NCBI GenBank assembly: GCA_965223415.1
Contig: OZ245002.1
Location: 3,648,001-3,712,000 of the forward strand
From: Myxococcota bacterium
GTDB lineage: Bacteria; Myxococcota_A; UBA9160; UBA6930
Direction: 5' to 3'
Length of the DNA stretch: 64,000 nucleotides
The translations under genes and the position numbers were made by a program. This document shows, in pieces, positions 37,727 to 47,321 of the stretch (position 1 is its first letter; every line of letters starts with the position of its first letter). Under the pieces are notes generated by a model, which was not told the DNA's origin, ran no database searches, and saw only the letters and a program-made list of their open reading frames with translations.

Positions 37727-39850
37727 TCAGAGCTCGAGAGCGGCATGGAAGCCCCGGCTCATCGCGCCCTCGATGTAGCCCACCTCTTCTCCGTCGCCGA
37801 TGGACACCACCGGCACACCGGCGGCGCGAAGCGGCGCCAGCGACTCTGGATTGGAGCGCAGGCCCGTGGCGAGGACGACCGTATCCGCAGCAGCCTCCCG
37901 CTCCTCGTCCCCGACGGCGTAGCGCACGGTGTCGTCGCCGATCTCGAGGGCCCGGGCACCGGTGACGAGCTCGGCGCCGGCCTCGCGAAGGTCGTGCAGC
38001 ACCCGCCAGCGGCGCGGGTGGGCCATCTCGGTAGCGAGCACCGGCCCCTCTTCGAGCACCACGACCTCGCGCCCGCGCTCCACCAGGAACTCGGCCAGCT
38101 CGGCTCCGACGAGCCCACCGCCGACGATCACCACGCGCCGGCCCACCGGCATCCAGGCTCGGGACGCCCGGCGCAGCCGGGCCGGATCCTTCGTCAGGCC
38201 GAGCAGGCGGCCGGCGGCGACGGCTGCGCGCGCCGCGAGAGGGAGCCGCGGGCCGCCGCCTCGGCCGCTCGGTCCGATCAGCAGATCCCGCAGGTCGTCG
38301 CCGTCGAAGACGTGGGCGTGCTCGGCACCGGGCAGCGCGGGTCGATCCCGAGCGGCGCCGACCGCGGCGATCACCGCGTCCGGGGCGACGCTCCGCACCA
38401 GGGCCTCGTCGGCCGTCTCGCCGAGGCGGAGCTCGATCGGCAGCTTGCGCACCTGGGTCTCGAGCCAGTGCAGGAGGCGCTCGTTGGGCTCGTAGGACAG
38501 GGCCGCGAAGCGCAGCGTACCCCCGAGCTGCGGGCTCTTCTCGCACAGCACCACCCGGTGGCCGCGCAGCGCCGCCACCCGCGCGGCTTCCATGCCCGCG
38601 GGCCCGCCGCCGACCACCAGGACCCGCTTCGGCCGCGCCGCCGGGGTGCGCAGGGTCTCTGCCAGCTCCACCTCACGGGCCACCATCGGGTTTACGCTGC
38701 AGCGCACCCGCCGGTCGAAGAAGGGCTGGGCCACGCACACGTAGCAGTAGATGCAGGGGCGAACGTCCTCGGCGCGGTCCTCCGTGAGCTTCTTCGCCAG
38801 CTCCGGATCCGCCAGGAGCTTCCGTCCCATGGCGATGATGTCGGTCTTGCCCTCGCCGACCAGCCGATCGGCGGCGGCGGGCTCGATGCGTCCCGCGGCG
38901 ATGACCGGCACCGGGACGCGGGCCTTGATGGCCGCCGCGAAGTCGACGAAGCCGGATTCCCTGTGGACGATCGGCGCGTCGGTGAAGCCGGGCCCCAACG
39001 GGTTGGCGTAGGCCGAGACGGAGATCGCGTCGGCACCCGCCTCGGCGAGCAGCTCGGCGGTGCGGCAGGCATGGGCGAGCTCGATGCCTCCGGGCGTGCC
39101 GAACTCCACCGCGTCGATGCGACACCAGATCGGGAAGTCGTCGCCCGCGCGGGCCTTGCACGCCCGCAGCACCTCGCAGAGCAGGCGCGCCCGGTTCAGG
39201 GCGGACCCGCCGTACTCGTCCTCGCGGAAGTTCCAGGCCGGCGACAGGAACTCGGAGAAGATGTAGCCGTGGGCGCCATGGATCTCGACGGCGTCGAAGC
39301 CGGCGCGGCGGGCGCGTTCCGCGGCGCTCGCGAAGGCGTCGGCCAGCCAGGCAAGATCCTCCGGTGTGGCCTCGCGGATCTTCGCGGGGCCGCCACCCCC
39401 GGCGGCCTTGGCCATCAGTCCGATCTCTTCGCGACTGAGATCCAGGGGGCCCGAGAGTCCCATCGAGCTCTGCGGCATCGACGGCATCAGGAGGTCGCGG
39501 CCCTGCACCGTGTCGAGGCGGCCGACCTTGCCGTGGTGGGCGAGCTGGATGGCGATCTTCGTGCCGTGGGCGTGCACCGCGTCCGTGAGCGAGCGGAGGC
39601 CCGGCAGGAACGCGTCGTCCGAGACGCCGAGCTCGTGGGGCGAGTTGGCGCCGTTCGGGTAGGCCGCCGACGTGTTCTCGGTGATGATCAGGCCGACGCC
39701 GCCCCGCGCCCGCTCTTCGTAGAAGCGGACCACCGGCTCCCGGACCTTCCCGTCCGCCTCGGCGATCTCGACGCCCATGGGCGCCATCGCGATGCGGTTC
39801 GGGAGCTCGAGGCCTCCGATGCGGGTCGGAGAGAGGAGGTGTCGCAGCAT
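37727..39850 (-). CDS. NADH:flavin oxidoreductase / 2,4-dienoyl-CoA reductase-like (OYE + Fe-S + FAD domains)
   Basis: LPNRIAMAPM, EIHGAHGY, NFREDEYGG, CIYCYVC...C, VVGGGPAG. Confidence 0.9.
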   Translation of the reverse strand: MLRHLLSPTRIGGLELPNRIAMAPMGVEIAEADGKVREPVVRFYEERARGGVGLIITENTSAAYPNGANSPHELGVSDDAFLPGLRSLTDAVHAHGTKIAIQLAHHGKVGRLDTVQGRDLLMPSMPQSSMGLSGPLDLSREEIGLMAKAAGGGGPAKIREATPEDLAWLADAFASAAERARRAGFDAVEIHGAHGYIFSEFLSPAWNFREDEYGGSALNRARLLCEVLRACKARAGDDFPIWCRIDAVEFGTPGGIELAHACRTAELLAEAGADAISVSAYANPLGPGFTDAPIVHRESGFVDFAAAIKARVPVPVIAAGRIEPAAADRLVGEGKTDIIAMGRKLLADPELAKKLTEDRAEDVRPCIYCYVCVAQPFFDRRVRCSVNPMVAREVELAETLRTPAARPKRVLVVGGGPAGMEAARVAALRGHRVVLCEKSPQLGGTLRFAALSYEPNERLLHWLETQVRKLPIELRLGETADEALVRSVAPDAVIAAVGAARDRPALPGAEHAHVFDGDDLRDLLIGPSGRGGGPRLPLAARAAVAAGRLLGLTKDPARLRRASRAWMPVGRRVVIVGGGLVGAELAEFLVERGREVVVLEEGPVLATEMAHPRRWRVLHDLREAGAELVTGARALEIGDDTVRYAVGDEEREAAADTVVLATGLRSNPESLAPLRAAGVPVVSIGDGEEVGYIEGAMSRGFHAALEL

Positions 39851-39866
39851 GCGCCCTTCCTCGCGG

Positions 39867-42557
39867 CTACTCCGCGCCGCCCCAGTTGAAGCCGACCCGC
39901 ACCCCGTAGACTCGCGGCGGGAGCAGGCCGAAGCCGGTCACGGAAGGGCCGGTGAACTCGGGCCCGACGATGCGCCGGGCGTAGATGGTGTTGTCCTCGA
40001 GGTTCTCGACGAAGGCCTCCACCGACCAACGACGCTCCGGGCTGCGCCAGATGATCCGCAGGTCGGTCTTCGTGTAGGCCCCGACCCGGTCGATCGAACG
40101 GTTGTTCGGCCGCAGGAAGTACTGGTCCGTGTAGGTGAACTCGACGACCGGGGTGATCGTGCCGTTCTGGCCGAGGTCGATCTCGTAGCGGGAGAGCAGG
40201 GAGATCGTCCAGCGCGGCGAGTCCTCCAGCTGGTTTCCCTTCAGGTTCTTCTGGCCGTTGAAGAGTGAGCCCGGCCGCGGATCCGGACAGCCGGGCTCGG
40301 AGTTGCGGGTGAAGTCGAAGGCGTCGTCGTTGCAGAACTCGTCGAAGGTGGCGTCGAGGTAGCCGACCGAGACCGTGCTGGTCCACTCCGGCGTCGGCTG
40401 CCACACGCCCTCGAACTCGATGCCCCAGACGGTGGCCTCGGCGGCGTTCCGGGTCACGACTTGAATGCCGAGGATCTGCGGGACCTGGAGATCCGTGTAC
40501 TCGTAGTAGAAGCCGGTCAGGTTGAGCTGGAGCTTGCCGTCGAAGAAGGTGTTCTTCGTGCCGAGCTCCCAGGCTTCGATCTCCTCCGGATCGACGCCCA
40601 GCGCCTCGCCGCTCGACTGCAGAAGCTGGAGCTGGCCTGCCTTGTAGCCGCGCGCCCAGGTGAAGTAGACCTGGTTGTCCGGAGTGAGGAACCACTTGGC
40701 GCCGACCTCGCCGGTGCGTGCGCGGAACTTCTCGCGGCCGTTCAGCATGCTGGCGGGCCGGATGGCGACCTCCTCGTTGATCTCGAGGCGCTCGATCTTG
40801 TCGATGTTCCAGCGAACGCCGCCGAAGATCGTTACGTCGAGCGGATCTTCCCACCCCATGTGCTCGGCGAAGAGGTCACAGATGCGGAGCTCGCCGCTGA
40901 TGAAGGGGGCGTAGCCCGACGACTCCTCGTGAATCGAGGTCGGGAAGGGGCCGAAGGGAGTCAAGGTGAGGTCGTTTCGGTTCTCTTCGCGGTTGAAGAA
41001 GAAGAAGCCGAGCAGCCAGGCGTAGTGCTCGTCCGGGTTGTTCGAGGAGAGGTTCACCTCGGCGGTGAAGCTGTCGAGCTTTCCCAGCTGGTAGTTGTCG
41101 AGGATGAAGAGCTCGGTGCCATCTGCGTCCGACACCTGGTCGAATTTACGCCGCTGCCAGCCGCCCAGGACCTTGAAATCCATGTCGCCGAGGAAGCCCA
41201 CGTCGTGCAGGTTCCACGTCAAGTCGCCGTCGAGGCCGTAGGCCTCGAGGTTCGGTTCCTCGATGTCGTAGGCGCGGCTGACGACGTCCCTGGGATTGGA
41301 CGGGATCCGCCTCGCGGGCGGTGTGTCGAGGTCGATGTTGAATCCTGCGACGGTCTGGTCGATGGCGATGTCGATCGAGTTGGGGATCGCCGGGAAGAGG
41401 CCGAAGGCCGGGACCCCGTTGCGGACAGCGTATTCGATCGCGCCGTCCGGATCCCCGAAGAAGTTGTTCCCCGTGGTGGCCAGGATCTGGCCCGGCAACA
41501 GCGTGTTGAAGAAGAAGGTCGGCGTCAGCGGCGGCGTCAGGCTCGCCACGACGCCGTCGACGAAGCCCTGGCGCGTGATCGGGAACAGGATGTCCGGCAA
41601 CCTCGCCTCGGTGAGCTCGTAGCCGTCGTAGAGGTCGAGGGGCACGGCGCCGATCGGGCCCGCGTCCTGCAGGCCGATCGGGAAATCGTCGGTGAAGAAG
41701 GGCTTGCTGACCGCGTCGCCGCCCTTCGAGCGGGTCCAGTGGCCACGAACCTGCACCTCCACGTCGCCGTCCATCAGGATGGAGCGCAGGGTGCCGCGGC
41801 CGGACCACCGATCCGCGTTCCCCGGATCCCGGTTGCGGGGCTCGAGCAGGTTGTCGAGGTAGCCGTCGCGCTTCTCGCGCTGCACGACGAAGCGGCCCAT
41901 CAGGCGCTGGTCGCCCTCGCCGAGGAAGGGCAGGTTCACGCCGCCGCGGAACTGGTTCGAATCGAAGTTGGCGCGGGTGTAGTCGCCGAAGACCTCGTAG
42001 GCGCTGTGGGGCCGGCGCCACTTCACGTTGATGGCGCCGGCGGTGGCATTGCGGCCGTAGAGGGTGCCCGAGGGACCGCGCTTCACCTCGATGCCCTCGA
42101 GGTCGTAGAACTGGCCGCCCAGGTAGTTGGGGTCGGCCAGGAACACGCCGTTCATGTGCTGGGACACGGGAGACTGGCTGGTGAAGGACCGGGAGATGCC
42201 ACGGATCGTGATCGCCGCGTTGCCCTCGCCCTTGATCTGGACGTTCGGCAGCAGGCTCACGTAGTCCGAGAGGCTCTCGATATTGGCCTCCTGGATCTGC
42301 TCGCCGGTGATCGCGGAGACCGAGCCCGCGATGTCCTGGATGTTCTCTTCGCGCTTGGTGATGGTGACCCGCATCTCCTCGATGGCGCCGTCCGGCTCCG
42401 AGGAGGTGGCCTCGGCCTGGGCCTCGGCATCCGCGTCGAGCAGCACCTCCCGCTCGGGCTCCCCGGCGGGGGCGTCCTCCTGCGCAACCGCGCCCGTGAC
42501 GAACGTCACCAGAAGCAGCGCGACCGCCGCCCCGCGCAGCACCCACCACGGCTTCAT
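39867..42557 (-). CDS. TonB-dependent receptor
   Basis: Signal peptide; TonB box IEEMRVT; plug motif IEVKRGPSGTLYGRNATAGAIN; barrel ending PRVYGVRVGFNW. Confidence 0.93.
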   Translation of the reverse strand: MKPWWVLRGAAVALLLVTFVTGAVAQEDAPAGEPEREVLLDADAEAQAEATSSEPDGAIEEMRVTITKREENIQDIAGSVSAITGEQIQEANIESLSDYVSLLPNVQIKGEGNAAITIRGISRSFTSQSPVSQHMNGVFLADPNYLGGQFYDLEGIEVKRGPSGTLYGRNATAGAINVKWRRPHSAYEVFGDYTRANFDSNQFRGGVNLPFLGEGDQRLMGRFVVQREKRDGYLDNLLEPRNRDPGNADRWSGRGTLRSILMDGDVEVQVRGHWTRSKGGDAVSKPFFTDDFPIGLQDAGPIGAVPLDLYDGYELTEARLPDILFPITRQGFVDGVVASLTPPLTPTFFFNTLLPGQILATTGNNFFGDPDGAIEYAVRNGVPAFGLFPAIPNSIDIAIDQTVAGFNIDLDTPPARRIPSNPRDVVSRAYDIEEPNLEAYGLDGDLTWNLHDVGFLGDMDFKVLGGWQRRKFDQVSDADGTELFILDNYQLGKLDSFTAEVNLSSNNPDEHYAWLLGFFFFNREENRNDLTLTPFGPFPTSIHEESSGYAPFISGELRICDLFAEHMGWEDPLDVTIFGGVRWNIDKIERLEINEEVAIRPASMLNGREKFRARTGEVGAKWFLTPDNQVYFTWARGYKAGQLQLLQSSGEALGVDPEEIEAWELGTKNTFFDGKLQLNLTGFYYEYTDLQVPQILGIQVVTRNAAEATVWGIEFEGVWQPTPEWTSTVSVGYLDATFDEFCNDDAFDFTRNSEPGCPDPRPGSLFNGQKNLKGNQLEDSPRWTISLLSRYEIDLGQNGTITPVVEFTYTDQYFLRPNNRSIDRVGAYTKTDLRIIWRSPERRWSVEAFVENLEDNTIYARRIVGPEFTGPSVTGFGLLPPRVYGVRVGFNWGGAE

Positions 42558-42658
42558 GCTTGCCCCTCCGCGGGAACTCCCCGGCTGTTCCCACTCGCCC
42601 CATCATGGACGAGCCTCCCTTGCTCTCGCAACCGTTCAGGGAAATACCTGTGGCCCAT

Positions 42659-43357
42659 TCACCATGATTCACGATCCGGGCGGATCTGGACGTCGAAGGT
42701 CCAGGCGCTGCGCGGCTGGTGGGCCAGGTGCCAGCACTCGGCGGCGATGTCCTCGGGCAAGCAGAAGAACTCGTCGGGCTGATCCGGCTGCATCCTGCGG
42801 GTCCAGGGCACGTCGATGACGGCGTCGATCGCCAGGTAGGCCACGTGCACGCCCCGGGGGCCGAGGCTCCGGGCCATCGACTCCGCCAGGATGCGCTGGG
42901 CCGCCTTGGTGGGCGCGAAGCCGGCGAAGTGCGCCTTCCCCCGGTAGGTCGAGGTGTTGCCGGTGACGAGGATGGCCCCCTCGCCGGCCTCGATCATCGG
43001 CGCCGCCGCCCAGCGGGCCAGCTGGAGGAGCGCCATGGTGTTGATCTCGAAGTTCCGCCGCAGCACCCCGGGCTCGATCGCCTGGAAGTCGCCGAACGCG
43101 CCGCCGACCGCGTTGTGGATCAGCACCGAGGGCGCGCCCATCTCGCGGCGGATCGACTCGCAGGCCTCCGCCAGGGCCGCCTCGTCGGCCACGTCACAGG
43201 GGAACGCGCGGGCGCCCGGCACCTCGGCCTCGAGCTTCGCCAGGCGCTCGGCCTTGCGGGCGATCATCGCGAGCCGGTAGCCCTCGGCGAAACGGCGCAC
43301 GAGCGCGCTGCCGGTGCCCGGCCCGACGCCGGTGACGAGGCAGACCTTCTCCGTCAC
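42659..43357 (-). CDS. Short-chain dehydrogenase/reductase (atypical, FxxxK)
   Basis: VTGVGPGTG, HNA, FAPTKAA (Phe at the catalytic Tyr position). Confidence 0.88.
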   Translation of the reverse strand: MTEKVCLVTGVGPGTGSALVRRFAEGYRLAMIARKAERLAKLEAEVPGARAFPCDVADEAALAEACESIRREMGAPSVLIHNAVGGAFGDFQAIEPGVLRRNFEINTMALLQLARWAAAPMIEAGEGAILVTGNTSTYRGKAHFAGFAPTKAAQRILAESMARSLGPRGVHVAYLAIDAVIDVPWTRRMQPDQPDEFFCLPEDIAAECWHLAHQPRSAWTFDVQIRPDRESW

Positions 43358-44895
43358 AGGGTCAGGAGCTCGTGGGCGGCGCGGGTGCGCTCGGCGATCG
43401 GGATTCCGACGGGGCAGGCGCCAGCGCAGGGCGCGCTGCAGCCGGCGCAGGCCTCCCCGTTCACCGACAGCCCGGCGTAGAGCCGCATCGCCTCCTTCTC
43501 GTCGCCGTAGTCCTCGAAGTACATCCGGTGGCGCAGGACGTCGTGGATCGGGACGCCTTCCGGGCAGTGCGAGAGACAGACCCCGCAGTGGGGGGCGCAG
43601 TAGCTGCCGACGATCTGGCGGTCGTACTCGTCCAGCAGGGCCAGGTCCTCCGACGTGAGCTCGCCGCCGCTGGCCCGCAGGTACTCGTCTACGTGCTGGA
43701 ACTCGAAGAAGGAGATGACCGCGGCCGACACCTCCGGGTTCGAGAGCACCCAGCGCAAGGCGGCCTGGCTGTAGCTCGCCGCCTGCTCCTGGAAGCCCGC
43801 CAGGCCGTGGTGTTTGGCGCCCTTCAGGGTCTTCATCGCGACGACGCCCATGTCCTGCTCGCTCCGCGCTCGCGAGATGAGCGCCGGGAGCTGGGGCCAG
43901 ATGCCGTGGTGGTAGGCGACCATCATCACGTCGAAGCGGCCCGAATCGATGCCCGCCGCCACCACGTTCTGCAGGTTCGGGGTGTGGGTGGAGAAGCCGA
44001 GGAAGCGCAGCTTGCCCTCCTCGCGCAGCCGGTCCACCGCCTCGTGCAGGTCCTCGTCCAGCAGCCGATCGGTGGTGTCGCAGGCGTGGACGTGGGCGAG
44101 GTCCACGTAGTCCGTGCGCAGGCGCCCGAGGCTCTCCTCGATGATGCGCTTGTACTCCGCGACCGGCGTTCCGGCCCCAAGGTGGCCGTGGGGGGTGCAG
44201 AACTTGGTCGCGAGGAACACCTGGTCCCGCACCCCCTCCAGGGCGTCCGCCACGGCGCTCTCACTGCCGGTCGCCGAGTAGTCCGGCGAGGTGTCGACGT
44301 AGCTGACGCCGCGATCGATCGCCCGGCGGACGATCTCCGTGCCCTTCGTCTCGTCTACCAGCCGGCCGATCCGACCGGCGCCGACGACCACGTCGGACAC
44401 CTTCCAGTTGGTGCGTCCGAGGCGCCGGTAGCCCTGGACCCGCGCCCCCTTCCATTCCTCCAGGTACTCCGGGTGGGTGATGGTCGTATCGCCCACCGAG
44501 GAGAAGGCGTTCCAGCCCACGTCGTCCCGGCCGAGGCCGAAGAGCGCCCGGGCCGCGCCGGCGCCGCCGGCCAGCGCCCCGGCACCGAGCGCACCCAGGG
44601 TGGCGACGGCGCGGCGGCGCCCGCCGCTCACCCCGGCCTCGCGCTGGCTGCGACCCAGCGCGCCGGCCACGACCCAGAGCAGCGCGAGGACCGACACCCC
44701 GAGCCAGAGGACGCCCATCAGGGCGCCATGGCCGCGGTAGCCCAGGGCGCGGGCCACGGGCTCTACCAGGGATCCCGCGGTCCATGCGGACCAGCCCAGA
44801 CCCACCGGGATGCGGTAGGCCAGGCCGCCGACCACGAAGTAGCCGAAGGCCAGGATGCCGAGCAGCCAGGCGGCGACACGGAGCGGACCGCGCAT
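43354..44895 (-). CDS. Membrane-anchored aldo/keto reductase with C-terminal 4Fe-4S dicluster
   Basis: Two N-terminal TM helices, an RRR plus hydrophobic segment, YRRLGRT, DTSPDY, LATKF, LRTDYVD, and C-terminal CAPHCGVCLSHCP / CAGCSAPCAGACP. Confidence 0.85.
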   Translation of the reverse strand: MRGPLRVAAWLLGILAFGYFVVGGLAYRIPVGLGWSAWTAGSLVEPVARALGYRGHGALMGVLWLGVSVLALLWVVAGALGRSQREAGVSGGRRRAVATLGALGAGALAGGAGAARALFGLGRDDVGWNAFSSVGDTTITHPEYLEEWKGARVQGYRRLGRTNWKVSDVVVGAGRIGRLVDETKGTEIVRRAIDRGVSYVDTSPDYSATGSESAVADALEGVRDQVFLATKFCTPHGHLGAGTPVAEYKRIIEESLGRLRTDYVDLAHVHACDTTDRLLDEDLHEAVDRLREEGKLRFLGFSTHTPNLQNVVAAGIDSGRFDVMMVAYHHGIWPQLPALISRARSEQDMGVVAMKTLKGAKHHGLAGFQEQAASYSQAALRWVLSNPEVSAAVISFFEFQHVDEYLRASGGELTSEDLALLDEYDRQIVGSYCAPHCGVCLSHCPEGVPIHDVLRHRMYFEDYGDEKEAMRLYAGLSVNGEACAGCSAPCAGACPVGIPIAERTRAAHELLTL

Positions 44896-44975
44896 GAGGT
44901 TGCCTCCCGTGCCCCAGTCTATCGCTCCTGCCGGGCCGGGCGGGAGGTGGCATGCTCCCAGCCGAAGGAGACCCG

Positions 44976-45767
44976 ATGACCGAAGACGCTCCGCTCTTGG
45001 TGGTGCGCGACGGGCCCGTCGCGACGCTGGTCAACAACGATGCTCCGCGCAACCGGATGAGCCTGGCGTTCATGGACGCCCTGGAGGAGCAGGTTGCCGC
45101 GCTCGCGGGGGACGACGGGGTGCGGGCCGTCGTGATCACGGCCGCCGGCGACGAGCACTTCTCCGTCGGTATGGACCTGAAGCAGCTTCCCGAGGGCGCG
45201 AAGCGGATGGGCGGCGTCGAGGCGGTGTTCGACCAGCGGCTGCGGGTGCTGGCCGCGATCGAGGCGCTCCCGAAGCCGGTCGTCGCGACGCTGTTCGGCT
45301 ACTGCCTGGGTGGCGGCCTGGAGCTGCCCCTCGCGTGTCACTTTCGACTCGCGGCGGAGGAGGGCGCGAAGATCGGCCTGCCCGAGATGGACCTGGGCAG
45401 CGTGCCCGCCTGGGGGGGCACGGCGCGGCTCACCCGCTGCGTCGGCCGCGATCACGCCCTCGACCTGATCCTGCGCGCGAAGAAGATCTCCGGCCCGGAG
45501 GCTCTGCGCGTCGGCCTCGTCCACGAGGTGTGGCCCCTGGCCGAGCTGAAGGAGCGCGCTCACGCCCTGGCTCACGAGCTGGCGGCGATGCCTGCAGGCG
45601 CCGTGGCCGGCGTGCTCCGCTGCGTGGTCGGCGGCGCCGAGAAGTCGCTGGACGAGGCGCTCAGGCTGGAGCGCGAAGCGGTGCTCGCCACGATGGGGAC
45701 GCCGGATCAGCAGGAGGGGATGCGGGCGTTCCTCGAGAAGCGCGAGCCGCGCTTCAACCAGGGCTGA
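44976..45767 (+). CDS. Enoyl-CoA hydratase/isomerase family protein
   Basis: FSVGMDL, GGGLELPLAC, IGLPE, WGGTARL; SD AAGGAG. Confidence 0.92.
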   Translation: MTEDAPLLVVRDGPVATLVNNDAPRNRMSLAFMDALEEQVAALAGDDGVRAVVITAAGDEHFSVGMDLKQLPEGAKRMGGVEAVFDQRLRVLAAIEALPKPVVATLFGYCLGGGLELPLACHFRLAAEEGAKIGLPEMDLGSVPAWGGTARLTRCVGRDHALDLILRAKKISGPEALRVGLVHEVWPLAELKERAHALAHELAAMPAGAVAGVLRCVVGGAEKSLDEALRLEREAVLATMGTPDQQEGMRAFLEKREPRFNQG

Positions 45768-45773
45768 GCCCGC

Positions 45774-47321
45774 CTAACGTTCCTCCTCGTCGTCCACGTA
45801 GCCCAGCTGGCGGAGGCGCTCCACCATCTCGTCGCTGAGCGGGCGGTGGGTCGCCTCCGGCGCCTCGAAGGGGACGACGCTGCGCTCGAGCCCGCGCAGC
45901 AGGGCGGCCAGGGGCTCGGCGTAGTCCTCTGCGCTCTCGGGCGTCGCGAGCTGGTTCGTCTCCTCGTCCGGGTCGCGAGCCCGGTCGTAGAGGGCGTAGT
46001 CCCGCCACGTCCCCGGCGGGCCGTCCTGGCCGGGCCGATGAACCAGCTTCAGGCGGCGGTTCTGCACGGCCACCGCCTCCGGCTCCCCCATCACGCCCTG
46101 GGTGACCAGGTAGTGCCCGCCGCCGGGCAACGGACCTGCCTCCCGGTCCGAGAGGAAGCTCCGCCCGGCGACCGGGGTGGGGCAGTCGAGGCCCAGGTAG
46201 TGGCAGAGGGTCGGCATCACATCGACCAGCCCCACCAGGCACTCGACGCGCGCCTGCGCCGCGGTTGTCCCGGGTAGCCGCGCGGCGAAGGGGATGGCGA
46301 GCTCGTCGTCGAAGAGCCCCTTGCCGTGATCGCCGTAGCCGCGGGTGAAGAGCGCCTCGCCGTGGTCGGAGGTGACGATCACCGCGGTCTCGTCCCACCT
46401 GTCGCGGGCGGCGAGGCCCTCCAGCAGGACGCCGAGTGTCCGGTCGAAGTCCTCGACGCCGGGTCGGTAGGCCGTCTCGATCAGGTCGATGCTGTCGGGC
46501 AGGCCGGCGTGGGGCGGCGGGCGTCCGTCCTCCAGCCGGATCAGGTGCCGGATCACGTTGTGGGCCTCGTCGGGCACGGGAGCTCCGGCGAGCCTGTGCT
46601 CGAGCCGCGCGAGCAGGCCGCCGAGACGGGCCTCGTCCGTCGCATCGAGCCTGCCGTAGGGGCGATGGCTGTCGATGTAGTGGAGGTAGAGGAAGAAAGG
46701 CCGGTCCGGTGAGGCGGACGTGAGCCAGTCGAGGCCCGCGCGGGTCACGCGCTCGCCGGCGGCGCCCCAGCGGGAGAAGGAGTCGTCGTAGGTCTCGAAG
46801 CCCTGGCCGAAGCCGAACTCCTGACGCATCCACGGGTTCGAGACGAACGCCGCCGTGGCGTGGCCCGCATCGCGAACGACCTCCGCCAGGGTGACGAACT
46901 GGTCGTGCAGGACGTCGGCCCGGATCGGCCGGATGCCGTGGGCGGCCCGCTTCTCGCTTCGCAGCTCCGGGTGGGAAGCGAGCCGGTGCTGGGAGGGGAG
47001 CAGGCCGGTGAACAGGGTGGCGACGGCGGGCTTGGTCCAGGGCGCCTGGGTGGCGGCCCGATCGAACCACAGGTGGGCGCGGCCGAACGCGTCGAAGTGC
47101 GGCGTTTCCGCACGCCCATCGTAGAGGCCCGCGGCGTCGCGGCGCATGGTGTCGTTGACCACCAGCACGACGTTTCGCCGGGCGGAAGGCGCCTCGAGAC
47201 GCACGTCCTCGCAGGCCGCCTGGCCGTCGCCGCTCGGTACCGCGGCATCGCCTCCACAGCCCGCGAGCAACACGCAGCCGAGGGCGAAGGCCGCCCGGCG
47301 AGCCGTCTCAGCCACCGCCAT
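45774..47321 (-). CDS. Sulfatase/alkaline-phosphatase superfamily lipoprotein (Thr at the nucleophile position)
   Basis: Lipobox LAGC; NDTMRRD, APWTKPAVATLFTG, YIDSHRPY, TSDHGE, C-terminal LRQLGY. Confidence 0.85.
   Translation of the reverse strand: MAVAETARRAAFALGCVLLAGCGGDAAVPSGDGQAACEDVRLEAPSARRNVVLVVNDTMRRDAAGLYDGRAETPHFDAFGRAHLWFDRAATQAPWTKPAVATLFTGLLPSQHRLASHPELRSEKRAAHGIRPIRADVLHDQFVTLAEVVRDAGHATAAFVSNPWMRQEFGFGQGFETYDDSFSRWGAAGERVTRAGLDWLTSASPDRPFFLYLHYIDSHRPYGRLDATDEARLGGLLARLEHRLAGAPVPDEAHNVIRHLIRLEDGRPPPHAGLPDSIDLIETAYRPGVEDFDRTLGVLLEGLAARDRWDETAVIVTSDHGEALFTRGYGDHGKGLFDDELAIPFAARLPGTTAAQARVECLVGLVDVMPTLCHYLGLDCPTPVAGRSFLSDREAGPLPGGGHYLVTQGVMGEPEAVAVQNRRLKLVHRPGQDGPPGTWRDYALYDRARDPDEETNQLATPESAEDYAEPLAALLRGLERSVVPFEAPEATHRPLSDEMVERLRQLGYVDDEEER

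Noticed and set aside
42659..43357. SDR lacking the catalytic Tyr as a pseudogene
   Set aside because: The ORF is intact and FxxxK occurs in a known atypical SDR subgroup.
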